DNA from: an uncultured Gemmatimonadales bacterium
GTDB taxonomy: Bacteria > Gemmatimonadota > Gemmatimonadetes > Longimicrobiales > RSA9
DNA: 64,000 bases
Assembly: GCA_963708135.1 (NCBI GenBank)
Contig: OY970192.1
Location: 1,728,001-1,792,000 of the forward strand
Direction: 5' to 3'
The position numbers and the translations under genes are program-made. How positions within the stretch are numbered: the stretch's first letter is position 1; the number at the start of each line of letters is the position of its first letter. Below, piece after piece: positions 52,755-64,000 of the stretch. The notes beneath the pieces are model-generated. The model had not been told where the DNA came from. It ran no database searches and was given only the letters and a program-made list of their open reading frames with translations.

Positions 52755-54389
52755 TCACATGCGGGGCACGGCAGGGACTCGACACGCGAAGCTCGCCGCG
52801 AGGTTGCTGTCCCCATTGCCATCATAGAGGGCCGCCTCCGGATACGGGCAGATCGGACGCTTCCTGTCCGGTGCGCCACCACGGCCGTGATACGTGGCAA
52901 TCACCGACTCTGGCGCCACGTCGTGCTCCACCCAGTCCGCCAGTGCACCTTCCATATCAAACGTGGTCGGCGCGTCACCGCCACCGCAGTGGCTCATGCC
53001 GGGCACCATGAAGAGGCGATAGAACTGCTGCACGTCGGCCAGTGCGCCGGCGCGCGTCTGTCCAGCGGTCGAGTCGCGCGATACGACGCTATCGTAGTAG
53101 GCGATGCTGAACTCCGGAGAAACCATCGGATCACTCCAGCCGTGGTACTCGAGCAGTTTCCCGCCTCGAGCGCGGAAGGCGTGCAGATCGGGATCGATCG
53201 CGCTCAGGATTGGCGTGAGCCTCCGGTCGGCCGCCGCCCACACTTCGTGATCGCGCGCGTTCGCGAGGTCGAACGACCGCCAATCCCAGGTCGAATCGGC
53301 GAAGACCAGCCACTGGAAATCGGTGATCGGGAGGGCCAGCGGGCGGCCGGGAGTTGCCCACGCGATCCACCCGCGCTCACTGCCGGGCTCGAGGCCCGGT
53401 GCGATCCGGCGTCCGCTCGTCGGATCAATGACTCCGCCGTAGACGCGTCTGGCGGCTTCGAGCTGGCCGGCCGTGAGACAACGATCCGCGCGCGGCGTGG
53501 AGGCCGATCCGCATTGCAGCACGGCGGGATCGAAGTGGCACCGGCGAGGGTCCTCGAGCAGACCGTCTTCCACGCCATCGAGCCGATCGCAGGCTTTCAT
53601 CACCGCGTCGTGAATCACCCCGAGTGCTGATGGGAGCAGGTAGCGCGAGCTGTCACCCAGCGCCGCGATCGTGAGGCCGAGGGTCGACGTCACCAGCGGC
53701 ATCCAGTTGCTCGTCGGGGCTCCGGCGACAATGCCGTCGTAATCGGCGGGGAACCGCTGCGCCTCCGTGAGACCCTGATTTCCGCCGGTCGAGCAGCCGA
53801 TCCAGTACGCATGCTCCGGGGGCCTGCCGTAAAAGGCCTGCGTCACCGCCTTCGCGGCGATGGTCATCTCATGAACGGCGCGCGATCCGAAATCGATGAG
53901 GCGCTCGGGGTGGCCGTAGGCAAATCGCGCGCTGAAGCCATTGCCCTGATGTCCAGTGTTCGTCGACGCGACCGCGTACCCACGCCGCGCCTGGTCGGCC
54001 AGCGTCGCCGGCTCAGCCGCCGGAAATGGCGGTGCCAGGTACATGATCTCGCCCCCCCAGGCGCCGTTGCCCACCGCGGCGAACTTCCCGTTCCAGTTCT
54101 CTAACGGGAGCCACACCTCGAACCCGATGTGCGAATCGGAATTCTGGCGAATCTCTCCGGCGACGCGGCAGAGGGCCGGCAGGTTGCGGATCGTATCGCG
54201 TGATCCGGGAACGGCGAAGCTCCCGTGCACCGGTTCCGCCACTGTGATCGTTGTGTGCGCCAGGCGCAGGTCGCGGAGTCGCCCGCAATCCTTCGCGGTG
54301 CGCGGCGCCGGATGAGCCGCCGCGCCGGATACCGCGGCTGTAAGGACGGTGAGGACGAAGGCTGAGGGGGCGGCGTATCTCGGTCTCAT
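52755..54389 (-). CDS. Tannase/feruloyl esterase family hydrolase
   Basis: WNGKF, GCSTGG, DYDGIVAGAP, YHGWSD, PGMSHCGGG, RPICPYP; signal peptide. Confidence 0.93.
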   Translation of the reverse strand: MRPRYAAPSAFVLTVLTAAVSGAAAHPAPRTAKDCGRLRDLRLAHTTITVAEPVHGSFAVPGSRDTIRNLPALCRVAGEIRQNSDSHIGFEVWLPLENWNGKFAAVGNGAWGGEIMYLAPPFPAAEPATLADQARRGYAVASTNTGHQGNGFSARFAYGHPERLIDFGSRAVHEMTIAAKAVTQAFYGRPPEHAYWIGCSTGGNQGLTEAQRFPADYDGIVAGAPTSNWMPLVTSTLGLTIAALGDSSRYLLPSALGVIHDAVMKACDRLDGVEDGLLEDPRRCHFDPAVLQCGSASTPRADRCLTAGQLEAARRVYGGVIDPTSGRRIAPGLEPGSERGWIAWATPGRPLALPITDFQWLVFADSTWDWRSFDLANARDHEVWAAADRRLTPILSAIDPDLHAFRARGGKLLEYHGWSDPMVSPEFSIAYYDSVVSRDSTAGQTRAGALADVQQFYRLFMVPGMSHCGGGDAPTTFDMEGALADWVEHDVAPESVIATYHGRGGAPDRKRPICPYPEAALYDGNGDSNLAASFACRVPAVPRM

Positions 54390-54440
54390 GGGAGCGTTCC
54401 CTCGGTGCAATGGCGACGGCAACGAGTCCAGGACGTACAC

Positions 54441-56690
54441 TCATCGTCCTGCCGCATCGACGCGGGAGTCCACATGCGCGCGTATAGTGCGATGAGCATT
54501 GCCACGGCACAAGAAACGGCGCACCAGGCGAAACGCGACGTCGTCATCGTGCACAAGACGCCCGGATGCAGACCGGCGCCCAGGCCGCGGCTGGAACAGG
54601 CGGACGGCGTTCGCGGCCTGGGCGGCGTCGAGCTTCCGCAGCGCGCCGACGTCGTCGAGGATGAAGTCGCCGCGGCCGTAGGTCGAGATGACCAGGTCGT
54701 CGAAGCGCTTCTGGATGGTGAGCCAGTAGACGGGCGCGGGCGGCAGGTCGGCGCGGATCGAGGTCCAGTGCGCGCCGTCGTCCCAGGAGACGTAGACGCC
54801 GTTGTCGGTGCCGAGGTAGAGCACGCCCTTGCGCACGGGATCCTCGATCACGCAGTGCGCGGAGCTGTTGAAACCGTGCGGGATCGCGGCGGAGATCGCG
54901 CGCCACGAGCGGCCGTAGTCGGAGGTCCCGTAGACGTGGGCGGCGTAGTCGCCCATCTGCTCGCGGTTCACGGTGATGTAGGCGCCGCCCGCGTCGAAGC
55001 GCGAGGGCTCGATGTTCCAGATCGTGCCCATCGGCGCCAGGCCGTGGATGTTCTTCGTGACGTTCGTCCAGTGCGCGCCGCCGTCCTCCGTCACGCTGAC
55101 CTGGCCGTCGTTGGTGCCCGCCCAGATCACCCCCTCCTTCACGGGCGACTCGGCGAGCGAGTAGAGCGTCGAGGCGTCGTAGGTGTAGAGGTTGTCGTAG
55201 GTGATGCCCCCAGTGTCGCCCTGGTCCTTCGGGTCGTTCAGCGTCAGGTCCGGGCTGATAGTCTTCCACGTCTGCCCGCCGTCCGTGGTCTCGTGCACGT
55301 ACTGGCTCCCGACGTAGACGCGCTGGGGGTCGAAAGGCGAGATCTCGAGCGGGATCGTCCAGTGCCAGCGGTACTTCACGTCCCTGGGCGCCCAGCCGTC
55401 GGCGACGTCGGGCCAGACGCTGACGTCCCGCGACTGCCCGTCGCGCAGGTCGATGCGGCTGATCACGCCCTCGTAGCAGCCGGACCAGACGACGTCGGGG
55501 TTCTTCGGCTCCGGCGTCGCGAAGCCGCTCTCGCAGCCGCCGACCGCCTGGAAGTCGGCGGCGAGCATGCCGCCGCCGTAGCCGCCCGACTCGAGGTTGT
55601 TGCTCGGGCCGCGAAACGAGCTCGCGTCCTGGATGTTGCCGTAGACGTCGTACGGGATGCGGTCGTCCGTGCTGACGTGGTAGACCTGCGCAATGGGCAG
55701 CCGGATGTGCTCGAAGCTCCTGCTGCCGTCGAGGCTGATCGAGACGCCCGCGTCGTTGGCGACCATGACGCGGGCGGGGTTCGTCGGATCGATCCAGATG
55801 TCGTGGTCGTCGCCGCCGGCGGACGCGTAGCCGTCGGCGCCGGGGCGGACGAAGCTCTCGCCCGCATCACGCGAGACGACGTAGTTCGGGCTCAGGAAGT
55901 AGAGCCGGTCCGGGTCGGCGGTCGAGACGCCGAAGCGGACGTAGTAGGCGTCGCGCTGCATCATCATGTGGTCGTGGCTGACCAGCCGCCACGTCCCGCC
56001 GCCGTCGTCCGAGCGGTAGAACGACGGCTGCGTGTCCTGCACCAGCGCGTACATGCGGCTCGGGTCGCTGTGCGCGATGGCGACCGCGACCTTGCCGACC
56101 GGATGGTCCGCCGCAGGCATGCCGTGCCCGGCGGCCTTGTGCCACGTCTCGCCGCCATCGTGCGTGATGTAGACGCCGCCGCGCGGGCCGCCGCTGTCCA
56201 GGTTCCACGGGTGGACCAGGACGGGCCACATGCCGGCGATCAGCGTGTTCGGGTCGGTCGGGCTCATGGCCAGATCGGAGCAGCCGGTGCTGTCCCCGAC
56301 GGCGAGCACGTGCGTCCAGCTCCTGCCGCCGTCGGTCGTGCGATAGATGCCGCGCTCGGGCTGCGGCTTGAAGAGCTGGCCGAGCGCGCACACGAACACG
56401 CGCCGCGCGTCGTGCGGGTCGATCACGATGCGGCCGACGTGCCCCGTCGCCTCGAGCCCCACGTGCTGCCAGTGGGCGCCGCCATCCGTCGACGCGTAGA
56501 CGCCGTCGCCCATCGCGTAGAACGGCCGGATCAGGAACGTCTCGCCCGTGCCCGCCCACACCGTGTGCGGCTCCGACTCCAAGACCGCGAGCGCGCCGAT
56601 CGCCGCCACATCCTCGTGATCGAACACCGGCTTCCAGTCCACGCCGCCGTTCCCGGTCTTCCAGATGCCGCCCGAGGCCGCGCCGGCGAG
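54441..56690 (-). pseudogene. VPS10/BNR-repeat glycosyl-hydrolase-like gene truncated at both ends
   Basis: Many S/TxDGGxxW Asp-boxes; begins at AASGGIWK with no signal peptide or in-frame start (ATG near 56727 is out of frame); family-like sequence ends at LFQPRP near 54585. Confidence 0.75.
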
Positions 56691-57013
56691 CCCCGCGGGT
56701 CCGAGTGGCGAGTCCTGCGTCGGTCATCGGCCGTGTCTTCCGCGTTGAGGTTGACGGCGGCGGTCCGGACGCCCTGGCCCGGGCGGACGGAGCTGGCGCT
56801 GGGCTGTCACGGGTTTCGACGCAGCTTACGGCCCGGCGGGGAGGCGGGGCAATATCTTCGCGCACGGATGGAAGCGGAAGGAACAGCGCGACCGGCCCGA
56901 GTGCAGCCTCCGCACGATGGAGACGCCCACGCCGTCTTCCGCACTCGAGGCCGCGCCCGTCCGGTGTCCAGGCAGTCCGCGGCCCGGTCCGGAGCGTGCA
57001 CACGGGTGCCCCC

Positions 57014-58255
57014 GTGAGCGAGTTCCTGAGGGGGTCCCCGTGCCTGTGTGTGTTGACCTGCTTGACGCTCGCGCTCGCCGCGTGCGATGGCCGCCACCGA
57101 GCGCACGCGGACGGCGGCAGGGCGGCGAATCGTGCAGGAGGAGCCAGCGGGGCGACGGTGCCGCACGCGGCGAGCGGGGCCGCCCGCACGGGCGGGCGGG
57201 ACACGCCCGAAGTCCGGGGCGGCTGCGCCGGCTCCGGGGCAGGAGCGGCCCCCGTGCGCTGGCTTGACGCGGCGCCGCCCGCGGACCGGCCGAAGCTGGC
57301 GGCCTGGTGCTCGACGGTGGGGACTCCGGTCGTCATGGCGCCCGCGCCGGCGGCGCCGCCGCAGGGCGCGGCAGGCGCGCCGGGCCCCGACCCCGCCCGC
57401 CTGGACTCGCTCGTGCTGGTGAGCTGGAACGTGCACGTCGGCGGCGGGAGCCTGGAGGCGCTGCTGGGGGACCTGCGCGCGGGCAGGCTGACGGGCGGCG
57501 CGCCCCCGCCGGCGTTCGTGGTGCTCCTCCAGGAGGTGTACCGCGCGGGCGGGGACATCCCGCCACTGGCTGCGCGCGCCGTCACCTCGGTCCCGCACCG
57601 GATCGCCCCGCCCCCTCCCGCCGGCTTGCGGGAGGACGTGGTCGCCGTCGCCCGGCGCAACCACTTGTGGCTGCTCTACGTCCCTTCCATGCGCAACGGG
57701 CCCGGCGTGGCGGCGCCGCGCGAGGACCGGGGCGCCGCCATCCTGTCCACGCTGCCCCTCGAGGATCCCGCGGCCATGGAGCTGCCGTTGGAGACGCAGC
57801 GGCGGGTGCCGGTGCTGGCCAGCGTGGCCGGGGTGACTACGGGCGGCGTCGCCTGGAAGCTCCGGGTGGTGGCCGCGCACCTGGACCACAGGGCGCCCTT
57901 CAGCCGCATCCTGGAGAGCTTCGGGGCGGCGCGGCTGCAGCAGGCCCGGGTGCTGGCGGACGCGCTGCCGGACGACGAGCCGATCGCGCTCGGCGCGGAC
58001 CTCAACAGCTGGGCACCGGCGAGCCTGGAACGGGCGGTGCCGTTCCTGCGCCACCGCTTCCCCTCGGGCGACCCGGAGCCCGCGGGTTCGACCTTCACTC
58101 TCGCCGGGATCGGGCGCCGCCTGGACCATTTCTTTTTCCGCCTGCCGGCGGGGTGGCGCGCGCACGAGCGCATCGTCCCCGACCGCTACGGCTCCGACCA
58201 CAACCCGCTGGTGGCTGTGGTGCGCTTCGGGCCGCGCCGGGGCGCGCCGAGATGA
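57014..58255 (+). CDS. Endonuclease/exonuclease/phosphatase (EEP) lipoprotein
   Basis: LAAC lipobox; SWNVH, LLQEV, AHLD, GADLN, RLDHFF, SDHNP. Confidence 0.88.
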   Translation: MSEFLRGSPCLCVLTCLTLALAACDGRHRAHADGGRAANRAGGASGATVPHAASGAARTGGRDTPEVRGGCAGSGAGAAPVRWLDAAPPADRPKLAAWCSTVGTPVVMAPAPAAPPQGAAGAPGPDPARLDSLVLVSWNVHVGGGSLEALLGDLRAGRLTGGAPPPAFVVLLQEVYRAGGDIPPLAARAVTSVPHRIAPPPPAGLREDVVAVARRNHLWLLYVPSMRNGPGVAAPREDRGAAILSTLPLEDPAAMELPLETQRRVPVLASVAGVTTGGVAWKLRVVAAHLDHRAPFSRILESFGAARLQQARVLADALPDDEPIALGADLNSWAPASLERAVPFLRHRFPSGDPEPAGSTFTLAGIGRRLDHFFFRLPAGWRAHERIVPDRYGSDHNPLVAVVRFGPRRGAPR

Positions 58256-58310
58256 CCCTGCCTGCGCCCCGCGCGGAGCGGCATCGTTCCACGCGGAGAC
58301 GCAGGGGAGC

Positions 58311-59690
58311 TCAGAGCAGCGGCGCCAGCAGCCGGGAGGCCCGCTCCCGCAGGCGCGTGAACCAGGAACGCCGCTGGAACTCGGCCAGCCGGACCTCGTG
58401 GGCGTGGGCCAGGTCGGCCAGGAAGATGGAGTCGAGGGCGGCGGCGGTGCCGGGATCCTGGACGAGGAGCGTCGCCTCCTCGTTCAGCTTGAGGGAGCGC
58501 TCGTCGAAGTTGAGGGTGCCGACGGTGCTCCAGACGTCGTCCACGACCAGCGTCTTGGCGTGCATCATGGCTGGCATGTACTCGTAGATGTGCACGCCGG
58601 CGCGCAGCAGCTCCCCGTAGTAGGAGCGGGCGGCGTCACGCAGGATGGGCACGTCCATCCTGTCCCCGGGGGTCAGCACGCGCACGTCCACGCCCCGGCG
58701 CGCGGCCTGGGCCAGGGCGTTGCGCAGGCCAGCGCTCGGCAGGAAGTAGGGGTTGCTGATCCAGAGGCGCTTGCGGGCACCGTCGGCGGTGAGGGCGAGG
58801 AACCGCTCGGCGCCGGTCAGACCGACGGCCGGGGCCGAGTAGAGCACGCCGGCGATGGCGGGGCCGCCCACCGCGGCCGGCCAGGGGAAGAAGGGCTCGC
58901 CCGCCAGCACGCGCCCCGTCGCCTCGGCCCAGCCCACCGCGAACGCCGCTTGCAGCGTGGCCACGGCGGGTCCGGTGAAGCGCACGTTCGTGTCGCGCCA
59001 GGGTGGATCCTTATGCGACCCGGTCAGCCACTTGTCGTCGAAGCCCGCGCCGCCCAGCCAGCCCACACGCCCATCCACCAGCACCGCCCGCAGGTGCGAG
59101 CGATGCTGCGATCGGTGCAGCGTGTACCAGTGCAGCGGCCGGAACGGCGCCACCTCCACACCCGCGGAGTGGAGCGCGCGGAAGTAGTCGCGCCCCAGGC
59201 TCTTGCACCCGAAGCCGTCCCAGAGGAAGAGCACGCGTACGCCGGCCCGTGCCCGCTCCGTCAGCACCGCCCGCACCGAATCCGCCACGCGGCCCGGGCC
59301 GCAGTAGTACTGCTGCACGACCAGCGTGCGCCGCGCCGCGCGCATGTCCGCCCACAGGCGCGGAAACGTCGCCGCGCCGCTGGTGAAGATCTGGATGCCG
59401 TTCCCGGCAGTCAGCGGCGTGAACGTGAGGAACGACTCCAGCGCCTGGAAGCGCGCATCGCCCGGGGAGGAGGGTGTCGCGCTGCCGGGAGTGCCGGAGC
59501 CGGATTCCACGCGCATCGGCCGCGCGCTCGCGAACACGTCCTCCAGGTCGTGCCAGACGATGAGGCCGAGGTCGAGCCCCACGGCGGCCGCGATCGTCAG
59601 GAGCACACCGAGCGCGAGGTGTTTCATGCGACCATGGCCGTTCCGGCTCCCCCCGGGAGCGTGCCCGTCGTCCCTGCTCCCTGCGGTCAT
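58311..59690 (-). CDS. cls: Cardiolipin synthase-like phospholipase D
   Basis: WRDTN, ISNPYFLP, HAKTLVVD, GTLNFDERS..LNEE; first motif reads HLRAVLVD. Confidence 0.88.
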   Translation of the reverse strand: MTAGSRDDGHAPGGSRNGHGRMKHLALGVLLTIAAAVGLDLGLIVWHDLEDVFASARPMRVESGSGTPGSATPSSPGDARFQALESFLTFTPLTAGNGIQIFTSGAATFPRLWADMRAARRTLVVQQYYCGPGRVADSVRAVLTERARAGVRVLFLWDGFGCKSLGRDYFRALHSAGVEVAPFRPLHWYTLHRSQHRSHLRAVLVDGRVGWLGGAGFDDKWLTGSHKDPPWRDTNVRFTGPAVATLQAAFAVGWAEATGRVLAGEPFFPWPAAVGGPAIAGVLYSAPAVGLTGAERFLALTADGARKRLWISNPYFLPSAGLRNALAQAARRGVDVRVLTPGDRMDVPILRDAARSYYGELLRAGVHIYEYMPAMMHAKTLVVDDVWSTVGTLNFDERSLKLNEEATLLVQDPGTAAALDSIFLADLAHAHEVRLAEFQRRSWFTRLRERASRLLAPLL

Positions 59691-59869
59691 CTGCGCCCGA
59701 CCCTCTCGCCAGCGGTCACTCGGTGGCCCGGCACGGCTCGGCCCGGCCGGACACCATCCGCGAGCCCCCGGGCACCTCCCGTGCCACGCCGCTCCCCCCG
59801 ACCGCGCAGCGGCCATGGGATCGCGGGACCGGCCATCGCGAGGGACGATGGATCGCCTGCGCGCGCAGC

Positions 59870-60041
59870 ACCGACGTCGCCCCCTCGATGCTGGCCGCGC
59901 GCTCGTGATTGGCGCGCCGACCGCCCCGGCACGCTGCGCGTCACCGCGAGCGCGGACGGGCTGCACCCGGCGGCGGTCACGATCCGCGTGGTGCCGGGGC
60001 ACCCCGTACCCGTGGTGCCGGCGGTCGGGCGCGAGCGATGA
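59870..60041 (+). pseudogene. Probable 3' remnant of a GH2 beta-galactosidase
   Basis: GRALVI / RADRPGTLRVTASADGLHPAAVTI across a frameshift. Confidence 0.55.
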
Positions 60042-60115
60042 AGCGGCGCGAGTTCGTGCGCGGCGTGGCGGCGGCGGGCACGCTCACCGCGCTGGGCGGC
60101 GCGGACTGGCCAGCC
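60038..60115 (+). pseudogene. Orphan Tat signal peptide remnant
   Basis: MKRREFVRGVAAAGTLTALGG with ATGA coupling to the preceding remnant; no recognisable mature domain follows. Confidence 0.55.
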
Positions 60116-60126
60116 GGCTGCGGGTC

Positions 60127-60230
60127 GTCGAGCTCGGCGTTCAGTACGTCCGCGCTTCCATCCCGCGTCAGGCGGCGCTCCACTCCCGTCTCGAGGTCCA
60201 CGACGACCAGGTCGCCCCCCCGTTGGTATA
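60127..60230 (-). pseudogene. Internal fragment resembling the DPP IV (S9B) N-terminal propeller
   Basis: YQRGGDLVVVDLETGVERRLTRDGSADVLNAELD. Confidence 0.55.
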
Positions 60231-60379
60231 AGCCGATCCTTCGGCTGGACGATGCCGGTATTCGCAACAGATTTCAGGGGGTAGCCTCGCGTCGTCGGTC
60301 CGGCCGGCGCTACCGGAGCAAGCTTCTGTGCTCCGGTAGCCGACCGCCGCGCGTCAGCTCCTGTGCCGCGGGTTGGCGT

Positions 60380-60907
60380 TCACCGTGGGAAACGGATGGA
60401 GCCCTCGAAGGAGCCCGAGGACGGGCGATCCGGTGCGAGTCCAGCCTGCCGCAGGACGAAGCTACCCGTTGCCCCGGTGAAGCGACCCGTACCGCCGGTG
60501 ATGGTGAGGGTCTCCACGGAGCTGATGCTCTGGCCGTCTTCGCTCGGGGTACCCTCTGCGGTCCCCGCGGCGAAGAGCATGTCGCCATTGGCTGCGGTGA
60601 GGGTCGTGGTCTCGCTTCCGGCGAGCGTCGGGAGATCCGCGAACACGATGTCACTCACCCACGTGTACCTGCCGAGGTGGGTCGCGGCGCCGTCTCCGAC
60701 CAGATGGACGATCTCGATGTTGGTTGCGGGATCGTAAACGGCGGTGTGCGTTGTCGATAGCGTGCCGCGGAACGGCAGCGGCATGTCGCTCGCAGCCGCG
60801 GCCACAGCGGCCGCGCGGACGGCGGTAGGTGGCGCGGTGGGCAGTCTGTCGGTGCAGCCGACAGCGGCGATCACCACAAAGGTGAGCGGGATTGCAGGAG
60901 CGCGCAT
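60380..60907 (-). CDS. Beta-rich lipoprotein of unknown function
   Basis: AVGC lipobox; ATHLGRY, ANGD, ITGGTGRFTGATGS. Confidence 0.8.
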   Translation of the reverse strand: MRAPAIPLTFVVIAAVGCTDRLPTAPPTAVRAAAVAAAASDMPLPFRGTLSTTHTAVYDPATNIEIVHLVGDGAATHLGRYTWVSDIVFADLPTLAGSETTTLTAANGDMLFAAGTAEGTPSEDGQSISSVETLTITGGTGRFTGATGSFVLRQAGLAPDRPSSGSFEGSIRFPR

Positions 60908-61104
60908 TCGGGCCTCCGGGATCGAGGGGGTCGGTCGTGGGGCCGGCGCTACTTCATTGCCGGCCGGGGCGTCCCGGGCGTACTGTTCACTCTCCGGCGA
61001 GCTCCGCCGGCCGGGCCGTATCAGCAAACGCGCGAAAACCGGTCGAAGCACGCAAGGCGTATCCCCGCGGCCCGGCGGGAGCGGTGCATTTCTCTAGGGG
61101 CGAA

Positions 61105-61724
61105 ATGGCCTACGAGCCACACGCGTCCGCGGCTGACGAGGTGGAGAAGGAGATCGCCGCGGCACTCGGCGTGCTCCGCCGCGGCGCGCCCGAGGGGATG
61201 GAGCGGCTCATCCCTCTCGTCTACGCCGAGTTGCGGCGCGTCGCCCATCGGCTGCTCGGCGCGGAGCCCGCGGGTCATACGCTCTCGACGACCGGGCTCG
61301 TCCACGAGGCATATCTGCGCCTCGCCGACCAGAACCGCGTGGAGTGGGCGAACCGGGCACAGTTCTTCGGCCTCGCCGCGCGCGCAATGCGCCGCGTGCT
61401 CGTCGATTACGCCCGCCGACACCGCGCCGCCCGTCGTGGAGGAGCCGGCGCGCGCCCGGTGTCACTCGAAGAGGCCGAGGCCGCGTGTGGCGGCGACGTG
61501 CTCTCCGTCGCCTCTCGCAGTGACGAGCTGCTCGCGCTCGACGAGGCACTCGAGCGACTGGCGGGCATCGACCCGCGGCTCGCGCGTGTCGTCGAATGCC
61601 GCTTCTTCGCCGGCCTCACCGAGGCCGAGACGGCGGAGACGCTCGGCGTCTCGATCCGCACCGTCTCCGCCGACTGGACGATGGCGCGGGGCTGGCTGTA
61701 CCGAGAGCTGAGCACCGGCGAGTC

Positions 61725-61728
<4 letters not shown>
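61105..61728 (+). CDS. ECF sigma factor, kinase-associated (EcfK/ECF43-like)
   Basis: PLVYAELRRVA, TLSTTGLVHEAYLRL, MRRVLVDYAR, VVECRFFAGL, ARGWL. Confidence 0.92.

Positions 61729-64000
<2,272 letters not shown>

Noticed and set aside
52755..54389. MHETase / plastic-degradation claim
   Set aside because: Family motifs only; substrate cannot be inferred by eye

Overview
Very GC-rich bacterial DNA. The gene families (PadR + duplicated orphan ABC permease, Ser/Thr kinase-PD40, BTAD-TolB-TPR, ECF sigma + kinase) suggest Gemmatimonadota or an Acidobacteriota-like lineage; this is inference. No rRNA, tRNA, cas gene, transposase or integrase was recognised. Layout: (1) 0-20 kb holds signalling and housekeeping genes, including a DedA-PAP2 fusion with altered catalytic motifs and two REP-like repeat clusters. 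(2) About 20.6-45.2 kb is a copper-type island: cusCBA-like efflux, YHS + P1B-1 ATPase, Met-rich periplasmic proteins, c-type cytochromes, Rieske, PCYCGC, a P-II protein and a two-component system, and decayed ccm genes. The island is tied together by about 11 copies of a 36-bp promoter motif (TGAAG-N4-CTTCA-N6-YTTCA-N6-YTTCA), usually 12 nt upstream of a -10-like hexamer. (3) 45.2-52.7 kb is a candidate iron/Fe-S repair or NO-stress module: FTR1, a membrane protein, DUF59, DUF1858/DUF2249 proteins and a degenerate TIM barrel, divergent from ric + a SufR-like regulator across a perfect 24-bp palindrome. (4) 52.7-64 kb holds tannase, EEP, PLD and ECF-STK genes. About 14 short gene remnants lie across the window. 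All family calls come from motif recognition by eye, not from database searches.
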